Positions 41,222 through 51,354 of a DNA stretch of 64,000 nt are shown one piece after another. Below the pieces are notes generated by a model. It saw only the letters and a program-made list of their open reading frames with translations. It made no database searches and had not been told where the DNA came from. The DNA is taken from contig JAQOWU010000007.1 in assembly GCA_030867685.1 (NCBI GenBank), forward strand, positions 2,046,001-2,110,000, read 5' to 3'. The position numbers and the translations under genes are program-made. Each line of letters opens with the position of its first letter. Position 1 is the first letter of the stretch. This stretch comes from Wickerhamiella versatilis. Lineage: Eukaryota.

Positions 41222-41444
41222 TGACTCAGCGGCGTTGCTCGGCCGGACTCGGCCGAGCAGCATTGCTGTCAACACGAGTCTGGGGATTCAATAAAGGGTA
41301 AATATGACAATAAACATTCGCAACTGAAATTTACCTCCATTATGCGCCACAATCACTGCACATTTTTGTGGGTTCAAGGGGGTTACGAAATTGTGGGGTA
41401 GGGCTAGGGCTAAGCCGAACATGACCGGCCGGTCACCTTATAAA
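41222..41444 (+). promoter_or_regulatory. MLS1 promoter elements
   Basis: TGACTCA 41222-41228; CGG/CCG inverted repeat 41236-41259; AT-flanked GTGGGG (Mig1/CreA-like) 41393-41398; palindrome 41422-41435; TATAAA 41439-41444. Confidence 0.55.
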
Positions 41445-41486
41445 GAGGCCAGCATCGAATCTTAACACGTCACTTTCAAGTTTAAG

Positions 41487-43127
41487 ATGGTTGCTCCTAT
41501 TGAAAGCCAAGTTGCCGGCATCGCACATGTGCCAGTTTCAAGCGAAGTATCGCGAAAGATATTCACCAAAGAAGCACTAGCGTTTGTGGCTACATTACAT
41601 CGTCAATTCAATGGCCGTCGTAAGGAGCTTCTAGCAGCAAGAGAAGCTCGACAAGGGCGTATTGATGCTGGCGAGTTTCCAGATTTCTTGCCAGAGACAA
41701 AAAAGATTCGTGAGGACCCTACATGGCAAGGCCCTAAGCCAGGCCCAGGGCTTGAGGACCGCCGGGTTGAGATTACCGGACCCACTGATCGAAAGATGGT
41801 AATCAATGCTCTGAATTCTAACGTATATGTGTATATGGCCGACTTCGAGGATTCTCAAACCCCAACGTGGAGTAATGGTACCGAGGGACAGGTCAATCTT
41901 TATGATGCTGCGCGGGGTGACATTACATTGCAGCAAGGGCCGAAGTCTTATGCACTGGTCAAGGATCGTTCTCAGTATGAAAAGAAGACCCCTGTGACTC
42001 TTATGGTGCGTGCACGGGGCTGGCATCTTGATGAGAATAACTTCCTAGTCGATGGTGAGCCTGTGAGTGGTGGTATTTTCGACTTTGCTCTTTTCTTCTT
42101 CCACAACGCCCGCAAGCTTATTGAGGCTGGCCATGGTCCCTATTTCTACCTTCCTAAGATGGAATCCCACCTAGAGGCCCGTCTTTGGAATGATATCTTC
42201 AATTCCGCGCAAGACTACATTGGCATCCCCAGAGGAACAATTCGGGCCACGGTGCTTATAGAGACGATTTTGGCCGTTTTTGAAATGGACGAGATCATCT
42301 ATGAGCTGCGAGACCATAGTGCAGGCTTGAACTGCGGCAGATGGGACTACATTTTCTCGTTTGCTAAGAAGTTCAGAGCTCATCCAGGTTATGTTTTGCC
42401 AGACCGTGATGATGTTACTATGACTGTTCCCTTCATGAACGCCTATGTTCGTCTCTTGATCCAGACTTGCCACAAGAGAGGAGTCCATGCCATGGGTGGT
42501 ATGGCAGCCCAGATCCCTATCAAGAATGATGTTGAGGCAAATAAGAAGGCGATGGGAGGTGTTTATGCAGACAAATTGCGCGAGGCTACAGCAGGTCATG
42601 ATGGTACTTGGGTGGCCCATCCCGCGTTGGCAACTATTGCATTGGAGGTTTTCAACAAGCATATGCCTGGACCTAATCAGATCTTCAAGAGGTTCCCACT
42701 CACAAAGGTAACTGCCCAAGAGCTGATAAATCCAACTGTAACTGGTGGTAGCGTCACAGAGGCTGGCATTAGAAAGTCTCTCTACATTGCCCTGGGATAT
42801 ATGGAGGCCTGGCTGCGGGGTGTTGGTTGTGTTCCTATCAACTTCCTTATGGAGGATGCAGCCACGGCAGAGGTTTCCCGTGCCCTTTTGAACAGCTGGG
42901 TAAAGCATGGTATCAAATCTGCAGAAGGCAAAAAGGTCACCAAGGACTATGTGCTCTCACTTCTCAAGGATGAGGTTAACAAGATCAAGGAGACTCAAGG
43001 TGCTGGTAAGTTCGATGAGGCAGCAGCCTACCTAGCTCCAGAAATTTCCAACGAGAAGTTCAGTGATTTCCTGACCACTTTGTTATATCCAGCCGTCCTC
43101 ACGGCTACTCCCAGCGAAAAGCTTTGA
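41487..43127 (+). CDS. MLS1: Malate synthase (glyoxylate cycle)
   Basis: [58 protein letters not shown]; ends in EKL (PTS1-like). Confidence 0.97.
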   Translation: MVAPIESQVAGIAHVPVSSEVSRKIFTKEALAFVATLHRQFNGRRKELLAAREARQGRIDAGEFPDFLPETKKIREDPTWQGPKPGPGLEDRRVEITGPTDRKMVINALNSNVYVYMADFEDSQTPTWSNGTEGQVNLYDAARGDITLQQGPKSYALVKDRSQYEKKTPVTLMVRARGWHLDENNFLVDGEPVSGGIFDFALFFFHNARKLIEAGHGPYFYLPKMESHLEARLWNDIFNSAQDYIGIPRGTIRATVLIETILAVFEMDEIIYELRDHSAGLNCGRWDYIFSFAKKFRAHPGYVLPDRDDVTMTVPFMNAYVRLLIQTCHKRGVHAMGGMAAQIPIKNDVEANKKAMGGVYADKLREATAGHDGTWVAHPALATIALEVFNKHMPGPNQIFKRFPLTKVTAQELINPTVTGGSVTEAGIRKSLYIALGYMEAWLRGVGCVPINFLMEDAATAEVSRALLNSWVKHGIKSAEGKKVTKDYVLSLLKDEVNKIKETQGAGKFDEAAAYLAPEISNEKFSDFLTTLLYPAVLTATPSEKL

Positions 43128-43853
43128 AAGTAGCAGCTTAACGAGTGATCTAGATAACCTAGCTTATCTATCTATGAATTGATTTTAAACCTGTTTATGA
43201 TGATGACTCGCGACAGGAATCTAGATGATTATACGTTATCTTATAGGTACCTTTCCCCTTCCGTTGGCAAGTTTGGTATCAAAGACTAGCTGGACCGCTA
43301 GGTTCAATTGTTATGGAGACTCCACTATTTGGATATGGCTTCCTCAATCAAAGGCAAATGACGATGAAGATTGTCACCAACTTCCTGCTGGGTGAGTTAA
43401 TGCTGTCTTCAGGATAATCTGAGTTGCACCGGAAGAATGTGCTGACCAAAAGTTGAAGTTTGAGAAATAGAGCATGGTTTGTCTGTGAATTGAACGAGTT
43501 CGGGGTGAGCCTTACAAGTTCGTTAACTATATTTTGTAGTTGCCCATTGTTCAAGGTAAAGCTATCACGCCCAAGTATATATATCGACCTAAGATTTATG
43601 TTTCGTTTGATAAAACTTTTGATAATATTCGCTTTTCTATCTGTGATGAAAGCTTTAAAACAATGTCTATATGTGCATATATATATAAGCAGGGTAGCGA
43701 GCACACATATATATACAATGCGTATCAACCATGGACGAGTGTGGATCAAATAAATTTACCTGTAATACGCTATAAGAGATTTCCAGGGATGAATTGTCGA
43801 GGAAAAGACTGCATTACTCACCTTCACCCCCCTCCTACCCGCAGACCCACAAG

Positions 43854-44078
43854 ATGGCCCTGGAATCCCCAACCGCGCAATTGGCACCAGAGATGGAAAT
43901 GAGAAAAAAGCTGATTGAGGAGACGACTGCACAGCTTGTAGCTGATATGCAAGAACAAGGAGAGTTGCTAAAAGCAAGGGCTCGAGTAACAATTCGAAGG
44001 CTTCGTGATGAGAATCTTTGCGAACAACCTACCCACGCAGCACTGAATAGTAGCTTTATTTCGCGATATCAGTCTTAA
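43854..44078 (+). CDS. Small coiled-coil hypothetical protein (weakly Nbl1/borealin-like)
   Basis: 74-aa helical ORF directly upstream of HUB1; the family assignment is a guess. Confidence 0.4.
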   Translation: MALESPTAQLAPEMEMRKKLIEETTAQLVADMQEQGELLKARARVTIRRLRDENLCEQPTHAALNSSFISRYQS

Positions 44079-44172
44079 ATTTAACCTTTGTTTCTATTAG
44101 GTCCATCACTTGTATACGATCTTTTTCATCTGGCACTAGGTAAAACTTTGTTTACGTACGCATAACGCCTAT

Positions 44173-44394
44173 ATGCTCGAGGTAATATGCAATGACCGTC
44201 TTGGCCGCCGAGTTCGCGTTAAATGTTTGTCAGAGGATACCATTGGAGACTTTAAAAAGGTCTTAGGTGTCCAAATTGGTACCAACCCGGAGCGCATTGT
44301 GCTCAAGAAGGGCTATATGGTATTCAAGGACCACATAACTTTGGAGGACTATGAAGTTCATGATGGAAGTTCGCTGGAGCTTTACTATATCTAA
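44173..44394 (+). CDS. HUB1: Ubiquitin-like protein Hub1/UBL5
   Basis: [27 protein letters not shown]-terminal YY-x. Confidence 0.96.
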   Translation: MLEVICNDRLGRRVRVKCLSEDTIGDFKKVLGVQIGTNPERIVLKKGYMVFKDHITLEDYEVHDGSSLELYYI

Positions 44395-44807
44395 CCCCGT
44401 TCACTCCAGCCATTTTCACGCACCATTTCAGGAGACTCCTCAGTACCGTACTTCACAAACTCCATGGTTTTGTCCAGGTGTAATTTACCGTCCGTTGGTC
44501 CAGAGTAACCTTTGTAAGTATTCCGTATATTAGGCGTGGTGGGGCAGACAAGGGGCCGCAGATCGGTAGTCTCTACGCTGGAAGGAACGACGTACGTGCG
44601 AACCTTCTCCCAGTTGATCTGGTAGTTGCCTTTCCTAGTCCACCGTCCTACTCCTGTGGAACCAGTACCCTTGTAAAAGTTTTTATTTCCCTGCTTCGTC
44701 GAAAGGCTCCATCTTTTATTACCACTTTTTGTGTCACCATAGAACAAAGTGCCGTCCTTGTACTTTTTCCAAGGGCGAAGAAGGCTTCGCACTGCCGTTG
44801 GTCTCAT
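44391..44807 (-). CDS. MRPL27: Mitochondrial ribosomal protein mL41
   Basis: [38 protein letters not shown]. Confidence 0.92.
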   Translation of the reverse strand: MRPTAVRSLLRPWKKYKDGTLFYGDTKSGNKRWSLSTKQGNKNFYKGTGSTGVGRWTRKGNYQINWEKVRTYVVPSSVETTDLRPLVCPTTPNIRNTYKGYSGPTDGKLHLDKTMEFVKYGTEESPEMVRENGWSERG

Positions 44808-45226
44808 GGTTAGTCAACAATGTGTAATCGTCTAGCGCTATAATTTTCTAGCCTCTGGTAGAAAAGCGTAATGTTTGGCAAAGCCAAATATAAGTCTTCA
44901 ATATATGATAGAAACTAACTCTGTTTGCCCTCAGGTATGTATGCTAGGACATCTCAAGCTCTATACCCCGGCAAACCCGTTCAAACAGGACATGGTCATC
45001 GGGATGATCAGAACCGGTTATTATACATTATGTGAATCCCTATAAATAAATACGCGTAACCAAATGAAAAAAAATTCTATGCTTTACAAGTATATTGCCA
45101 AAGGACTCTATTGTGGATTTTAGATCAATCCAAAAAAAGCTATTTCGTATGCGCAGCAGATCTTAGCTGTAAAGATCGATGTGGGTTAGGACTTAGCTCA
45201 GCTACGCGTTAGTGAGTAGAGTGGAT

Positions 45227-46306
45227 ATGCTCTCGCCTCGTGGCTCGCTTATGACCACGTTCGCTCTCTTGAACGTCTTCTTCCTTATAACGATGTGGAA
45301 AGGATTAAAGTACAAAATATCAACTGTACCTTATCCTAGGGAAAATGCCACTTTTGTGACGTTATGTCGTAACAGCGACCTATCGAGCCTTATGGGGACC
45401 ATACGTGGCATTGAGGACCGGTTCAATCATAATTATCATTATGACTGGGTGTTTCTCAATAATGAACCCTTTGATGATGAGTTCAAGCGGATCACCTCTG
45501 CGTTAATTAGTGGAACTGCCAGGTATGGAGAGATCCCAGAGGAGCACTGGTCAGTTCCAGAGTGGATTGATGAGGAGAAGGCTGCGGAAGGGAGAAAAAT
45601 TCTCGAAGACGAAGATGTGATATATGGGGACAGTGTGCCTTATCGTCACATGTGCAGGTTCGAATCAGGATTTTTCTTTCATCATCCTATAATGCAAGAG
45701 TACAAGTATTACTGGCGGGTAGAGCCCGATACTAATATATTTTGTGATATTTCTTATGACGTGTTCAAATTTATGCGAGAAGAGAAAAAGCGCTATGGGT
45801 TTGTAATTTCTCTCTATGAATATGAACTGACCATCAGATCATTGTGGTCCTCTACCTTGCATTTTCTCCAGGTATTTCCGCAGTATGTGAACCCAAATAA
45901 TCTTGCTGAATTCATCTCGGAAGATGGTATTTATTATAACATGTGCCATTTTTGGTCAAACTTTGAAATAGCTGATGCGGATTTCTGGAGGGAAGAGGCA
46001 TATTCCAATTATTTCCAATTTTTAGACCGAATGGGTGGCTTTTTTTATGAGAGATGGGGTGATGCTCCTGTACATTCGCTCGCTGCTTCATTATTTCTCG
46101 ATAAACATGAGATCCATTTCTTCGAGGACATTGGCTATTACCATCCACCATATTCCCATATACCTGAAAACTTTGTGGACCGCTCGATAAAGTGTTCTGC
46201 AAAACCTGATGATCTATTTGATTGGGATGGGTACAGCTGCCTACGCCAATACTATTATGCCCAGGGATTACAGCTGCCACCGAGTATGGATCCTGTTTTG
46301 TATTAA
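45227..46306 (+). CDS. GT15 alpha-1,2-mannosyltransferase (Kre2/Ktr family)
   Basis: Type II anchor, ENATFVTLCRN, YRHMCRFESGFF, YYWRVEP, CHFWSNFEI, YERWGDAPVHS. Confidence 0.95.
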   Translation: MLSPRGSLMTTFALLNVFFLITMWKGLKYKISTVPYPRENATFVTLCRNSDLSSLMGTIRGIEDRFNHNYHYDWVFLNNEPFDDEFKRITSALISGTARYGEIPEEHWSVPEWIDEEKAAEGRKILEDEDVIYGDSVPYRHMCRFESGFFFHHPIMQEYKYYWRVEPDTNIFCDISYDVFKFMREEKKRYGFVISLYEYELTIRSLWSSTLHFLQVFPQYVNPNNLAEFISEDGIYYNMCHFWSNFEIADADFWREEAYSNYFQFLDRMGGFFYERWGDAPVHSLAASLFLDKHEIHFFEDIGYYHPPYSHIPENFVDRSIKCSAKPDDLFDWDGYSCLRQYYYAQGLQLPPSMDPVLY

Positions 46307-46339
46307 TATCAGCCTTCTATATACATATATACATATACC

Positions 46340-46864
46340 TCAAGTCTCTGTAGGCTTCTTCACACCATATTTACTTCGGGAAGTTCTCCGATTGACTACC
46401 CCTGCCAGGTCAAGCGCACCTCTAACGCACTTGTACTTTACACCTGGAAGATCTGGTGTACGACCTCCCCGAACTAGAACAACAGAATGCTCTTGAGCAT
46501 TGTGACCCTCTCCTGGAATGAATGCAGTAATCGTTCGTCCAGTGGTGAGCCGTACCCGGCAAACTTTTCGATTTGAGGAGTTTGGCTTCTTCGGTTTCAT
46601 CGTCATCACTTTTACCACAACACCTCGACGCTGAGGGCAATTCTGAAGGGCAGGAGACTTGGATCTTTCGGCATTTTCTCTCTTCTTCATCGTTTTAAAA
46701 TTACCTCGACCAAGGATCTGGTTTACAGTAGCATATCCGCGGGCCGGCAAAAAACCTGGGGCCGGCAAAACTTTCAGCAGCGAAGGCCTTTGAGATATGC
46801 CTCCAGTCACTGATATTCTCTGTCTTAAAGGCAGGAAAGAGGTTCTGCCAAACACCCGGAGCAT
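46340..46864 (-). CDS. MRPS12: Mitochondrial ribosomal protein uS12m
   Basis: [43 protein letters not shown]; presequence starts at ATG 46864. Confidence 0.95.
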   Translation of the reverse strand: MLRVFGRTSFLPLRQRISVTGGISQRPSLLKVLPAPGFLPARGYATVNQILGRGNFKTMKKRENAERSKSPALQNCPQRRGVVVKVMTMKPKKPNSSNRKVCRVRLTTGRTITAFIPGEGHNAQEHSVVLVRGGRTPDLPGVKYKCVRGALDLAGVVNRRTSRSKYGVKKPTET

Positions 46865-46980
46865 CAGGGACTTATGTAATATTCCACTGGTCACTCGACC
46901 TGCTTTCAGATGCAAATTTAACCTCGTATAGTCATTTACACATATATACTCTACTTCTAATAAAATAACAAAGAGAAACA

Positions 46981-48903
46981 CTATGTCACGCCTGCATGAC
47001 TTAGCTTTGAATATACACGAGCGACTGCCCTGGCTGCATTTTCCTCGAATTGCGTTGGCTCGGGTGATTCTGTGGATTGAGCTCTAAGCAGATCTTTTTG
47101 TGATATCACGCCAATAACTCTTTCCATATGTGTTATGTAGATCACTTGGGGGCCAAGTTCCACAAAATAGTCCCGTACAGTATTTAGGGGGGTTGTACGC
47201 TCCAAGAATAACGGAGCGCAGTCAATCTCACCCGTTCTTGTATCTAGAGACCCCGTCAAATATCCCTCCAGATCGGTGACTGGATAATTCTTGTGAGCAG
47301 GTGTGGCTCCTGGTGCTAAGGGGTGCGTTCCATTCATAATTGTGGATGCATCACCTTCAAATTCGTGATCAGGATTAATGTAAGGCAAGGCATTGGCCTC
47401 AATTGCCCTATCAGCAATACCGCCTCGACCGATATAGCCACTTATTAGACGAGTCACACCCACTGCTATCATGATAGGAACCACGTAATTCACAGCACCG
47501 GTTAATTCAAACATAACGATTACAACAGTGACAGTGATATGCATTACGCCGCACAGTAGTGCCCCAGCCCCTATAAGTGCGAACGTCCCCGGATCCACGC
47601 AGACTCCTGAGGTGCGCGAGCATTCGCTAAAAAGCCACATATCAGGCCACTTTTGCTGGATTCCACTCAAAACTGTACCAACGAATCGGCCAAATAGTGC
47701 ACCTATAGCAAGAGATGGCACAAAAATGCCTGCCGGAACTCGAGCACCATAACTTATTATTAAAAAAGCCGTTCGTAAAATAAATGCAACAGCGAGACTT
47801 AATAGTATCTCGCCTCTATAATTGGGGTCGCAAAGCTTAGTGTCAGTGCCACACTCCTTGAACAATAAATTCATACTGGCAGTCATATCCATGCGGAGAA
47901 AGAGGTTGAAGTAACACAGGCCTGCTGTGATTAAGACAAGGCACGCAATCTCAGGCAGAGCATAAGGCTTCCAAAATCTCTTACGCAACCCCTGAATTCT
48001 GAGATTCCATTTTATTATGAAGTGCCCCCAGAGACCACCAAATATACCAAGGAAGATAAAAGCAGGAAGTTCAAATATATGCCACTTACGGCCATACTGA
48101 ACAGAAAAGAGAACCATTTGCCCCGTTCTAAACGGGTTTAGAAGACTCAACACCGAGGTAGCAACCAAACAACAGAAATAGGTCTGCCAAATGGTGCTAA
48201 GGTCATGATGTGTGGGAAGTATTTCCTCCACAGCAAACATGACACCTCCTATTGGTGATCCAAACGCAACGGCTACGCCAGCTGCCGCTCCTGCCACGAC
48301 GAGGCTTCGGCGTCTAGTCGGAGAAAAGGGAAGCATATAATTCGCAAGAATGCTTCCAATGCAAGCGGCATAATGGACAGATGGGCCTTCCTTGCCGACA
48401 CTCAAACCAGAAGCTATGGTTAATGGAAGTGCAGTAGCCTTGGTGGCTAATGTCTTAAGATCGAGAAATCCAGGAAGATCGAAGCCTGAAACAATGCACT
48501 TGATTTCACTGATGCCACTACCTGTGGCTAGTGGCCCAATTTCCAGCACTAGAAGGCAAGCAGCAAGAATGAATCCTAGGCTGAAGAAAACATAAATGAG
48601 CCAGCTTAAGGGAGGAAAGCGGGACCAGGACGACCACATTCCACACGTTTCACCCTTCTCTCCCAAGCAGCAGAAGCTACGATTAAGGTAGGTTCCAGCC
48701 TTACAATACCCATCCCTGAGATCAACAAGTACACCCGTGGCAATACTGATGATCACGGCAAAAAGGCCAATTATGACCCCACTAAGGCCCAGAACCATCC
48801 AAGTCCTTGCCGCAGTGAATATTTGACGGTTCGACCCAAGACGGGCCCTATTGGCTAGTTCCCCCTCGCGTAGCCAATCTGTTGTGGTGAACTCGTTGGC
48901 CAT
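46981..48903 (-). CDS. GEF1: CLC chloride channel/antiporter
   Basis: [37 protein letters not shown] motifs. Confidence 0.92.
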   Translation of the reverse strand: MANEFTTTDWLREGELANRARLGSNRQIFTAARTWMVLGLSGVIIGLFAVIISIATGVLVDLRDGYCKAGTYLNRSFCCLGEKGETCGMWSSWSRFPPLSWLIYVFFSLGFILAACLLVLEIGPLATGSGISEIKCIVSGFDLPGFLDLKTLATKATALPLTIASGLSVGKEGPSVHYAACIGSILANYMLPFSPTRRRSLVVAGAAAGVAVAFGSPIGGVMFAVEEILPTHHDLSTIWQTYFCCLVATSVLSLLNPFRTGQMVLFSVQYGRKWHIFELPAFIFLGIFGGLWGHFIIKWNLRIQGLRKRFWKPYALPEIACLVLITAGLCYFNLFLRMDMTASMNLLFKECGTDTKLCDPNYRGEILLSLAVAFILRTAFLIISYGARVPAGIFVPSLAIGALFGRFVGTVLSGIQQKWPDMWLFSECSRTSGVCVDPGTFALIGAGALLCGVMHITVTVVIVMFELTGAVNYVVPIMIAVGVTRLISGYIGRGGIADRAIEANALPYINPDHEFEGDASTIMNGTHPLAPGATPAHKNYPVTDLEGYLTGSLDTRTGEIDCAPLFLERTTPLNTVRDYFVELGPQVIYITHMERVIGVISQKDLLRAQSTESPEPTQFEENAARAVARVYSKLSHAGVT

Positions 48904-49290
48904 AACCCTTTAGCGTAAGCGACTGAATCACCAAGTTTTAGAAAACATGGGGTCGAGGACGTGTATTTATTCCTAGTAACTCAATGCCGCGCTCTGGCCC
49001 AAATTATATCCTATATTTCTGCTAGATAGTAAGTTGTCCTGAAAAAAACAGTCAATGAGGTGCTATGGTCTTTAGTGGTGCCTTAGGGCATCACTAGAGG
49101 AGGCTAAGCAACAGAATATTTTTTCTTCTGTATTATTTAACAAAAAAGGAAAAACTTAAGCCGAGGAAGCCGAGCTTTGAGCGAAAACACGCTACACAAG
49201 ACTTTGCTAGGGTAAGGGTGAAAACGTTTGGTTAGCCAATCATCCGGGCTCGAAATGATTACATACATACCAAGTTAGCGTATCGGACAG

Positions 49291-49962
49291 ATGTTGAAGT
49301 CCTGCGTTAATGGCACTTCGCTTCGCTCAGCGCTGGGGCTGAAGCGTGTATCTGGTGGTATGTTTTCTCGCATGTATAGTGCCTACGATAAGCCTGTAGG
49401 TGGCGGCTCTGACTTCCAGGTGCCCGACTACAGTGCCGATCTGAAGCCGAATCGTAATTCAGATGGAAGCCGGAACTTCAGTTATTTTATGATTGGTACC
49501 TTCGGCCTTCTGACTGCAGTGACCGCAAGGAGCACCGTCCAGGACTTCTTGACAACCATGAGTGCATCTAAAGACGTTATGGCCATGGCTAAGGTTGAGT
49601 TTGATCTTGCCAATGTTCCTCTTGGAAAGAACGTGGTAATCAAGTGGCGTGGTAAGCCAGTATTCGTTCGCCACCGTACCCCAAATGAGATCAAGGAGGC
49701 GGAGAGTGTTGAAGTCTCTAGCTTGCGTGATCCCGAGACCGACGCGCAGCGAGTCAAGAACCCTGAGTGGCTTGTAATGGTTGGTATTTGCACACATCTT
49801 GGATGCGTACCTATTGGTGAGTCTGGTGACTATCATGGATGGTTCTGCCCATGCCATGGTAGCCATTATGACATCTCGGGCCGTATTCGCAAGGGACCTG
49901 CTCCTCTCAACTTGGAGATTCCAGAATACACCCTTGACGGTGCAAACCTTACCGTTGGCTAA
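49291..49962 (+). CDS. RIP1: Rieske iron-sulfur subunit of the cytochrome bc1 complex
   Basis: CTHLGC and CPCHGS Rieske boxes; GPAPLNLEIP. Confidence 0.98.
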   Translation: MLKSCVNGTSLRSALGLKRVSGGMFSRMYSAYDKPVGGGSDFQVPDYSADLKPNRNSDGSRNFSYFMIGTFGLLTAVTARSTVQDFLTTMSASKDVMAMAKVEFDLANVPLGKNVVIKWRGKPVFVRHRTPNEIKEAESVEVSSLRDPETDAQRVKNPEWLVMVGICTHLGCVPIGESGDYHGWFCPCHGSHYDISGRIRKGPAPLNLEIPEYTLDGANLTVG

Positions 49963-50012
49963 AACTAGAATTTAGAATAAAATAGTGTGGCTAAAGTCAT
50001 GCGTATTCGTAA

Positions 50013-51080
50013 TTATGCTGATGCCTCCAAAATCTCTTGACGTCCTTCCCGCCCAAGGGGAGGTACGCCACGCAGTGCTGATGGTACGAGGGGACTTGCA
50101 AGCCCTTTTCTAACCATAAGTTCTGAGCTTCGAGTGGCTCTAGGATCATCTACAAAGAACTCATCTCTGATGGGCTGTAGAAGAACCGTTTGTCCCTTCA
50201 AGGTTGCGATGGTATTGGTTGGAATAACTATCCAGTCAGATCTCTCAAATGTCAGAGGCTCAGAGGCAATCATTGCCACGGAATTAAGCCTATGACACCG
50301 TTCCATTTTATACTGACCAGGTGCATACTCGAAAAATCGGGTGCCTGTGGAATAATACAGAGAAGCGGCTTCTTGATCTTGCGAGGTAATGTAGCGCGTA
50401 ACCACAACTGTTGATCCATCAGTTACTGCAAAGTTAAGAAGGCTAGGCTCAGGATCTGTAATGTTATTTTCCTCCGCAGCCTCAAGCGACCAGTCGGTAA
50501 TTAGTCGTATCGTCTTTTCAAGGGCTTGTCGCATTAAATCTGATGGGAAATTACCATGTGGATTCGCTGGATCTACCCCTAGGCTTTCTAAACAGTCCAG
50601 GAATAGCGCAAAAGCATACTCTGAATCTGTCGAGCCAAGAATACCTACAAAATACTTTTCCGCGATGTGCAGGCACAGTCGGCGTTTTATATGCGGAAAC
50701 ATTGTGAGCCCGCCATTATGCATGAACATCAAAGAGTGATAGACGAAAGGATGACAATTAGTCTCAGAAAGAACTCCACTTGTGGATGCGCGGACATGTG
50801 CAAATACCATTTTTGAGCGAGTCTTACTAGCTAGACGATCCAGATTCAAATTGTTCCACGCAGGGGTAATGGCGCAATAGACACAAGGTCCTTGCTCTTC
50901 ATCTTGATCCATGTCATCTGGATAGTACCCGACTCCAAAACCATCGCCATTGATCGGACGTCGGGTATCAATGCGTAAACGACTATCAAAAGATTGGTTG
51001 ATGATGCTATGTGCAGGACGTGTTAGCAGATGCTCGAGTCTAATCGAAGCAGTGCTTTTGTAAATCATAAATCTGCACAT
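50013..51080 (-). CDS. DUG3: Glutamine amidotransferase class II, glutathione degradation
   Basis: N-terminal MCRF, HSIINQSFDSRLR, NGDGFG, FAHVRAST, GSTDSE, ASEPLT. Confidence 0.95.
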   Translation of the reverse strand: MCRFMIYKSTASIRLEHLLTRPAHSIINQSFDSRLRIDTRRPINGDGFGVGYYPDDMDQDEEQGPCVYCAITPAWNNLNLDRLASKTRSKMVFAHVRASTSGVLSETNCHPFVYHSLMFMHNGGLTMFPHIKRRLCLHIAEKYFVGILGSTDSEYAFALFLDCLESLGVDPANPHGNFPSDLMRQALEKTIRLITDWSLEAAEENNITDPEPSLLNFAVTDGSTVVVTRYITSQDQEAASLYYSTGTRFFEYAPGQYKMERCHRLNSVAMIASEPLTFERSDWIVIPTNTIATLKGQTVLLQPIRDEFFVDDPRATRSSELMVRKGLASPLVPSALRGVPPLGREGRQEILEASA

Positions 51081-51278
51081 CCTCGACTAGGTAGTAGCAG
51101 CACGACAGTCAGAGAGTTAGTCAAGAGCTGTTATTAATCACGTGAAGCGGTATTAAGTATTGATTTTATTCTTGATTTTAATAGAAAGTCAATGACCTGG
51201 TAAGAGGAGAGTTTAAGCAGATACGTACGTAAATAAAAAAAATACCCACGAAAAAAGTAATAATTTCAAAATTTCACT

Positions 51279-51304
51279 GTAATAACAATCGTAATAACAA
51301 TCGT
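51279..51304. repeat. 12-bp tandem duplication (GTAATAACAATC x2)
   Basis: gtaataacaatc gtaataacaatc gt between CYR1 and DUG3. Confidence 0.75.
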
Positions 51305-51354
51305 GACACTAAGCCAGCCAGCTGGCATAAAAAGAAGATAAAGGATAGAGGATG

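Noticed and set aside
43274-43284. TGGTATCAAAG, resembling an LTR primer-binding site
   Set aside because: It matches the plant-type rather than yeast tRNA-iMet site, and there is no LTR, gag or pol nearby.
43348-43902. Overlapping 97-133 aa ORFs in AT-rich DNA and a GTGAGT...GCTGAC...AG pseudo-intron
   Set aside because: Mostly non-ATG starts, low-complexity composition, and the splice leads to an almost immediate stop.
46865-46981. In-frame upstream extension of MRPS12 reaching the GEF1 stop
   Set aside because: It starts at GTG in AT-rich intergenic sequence; ATG 46864 gives a normal presequence.
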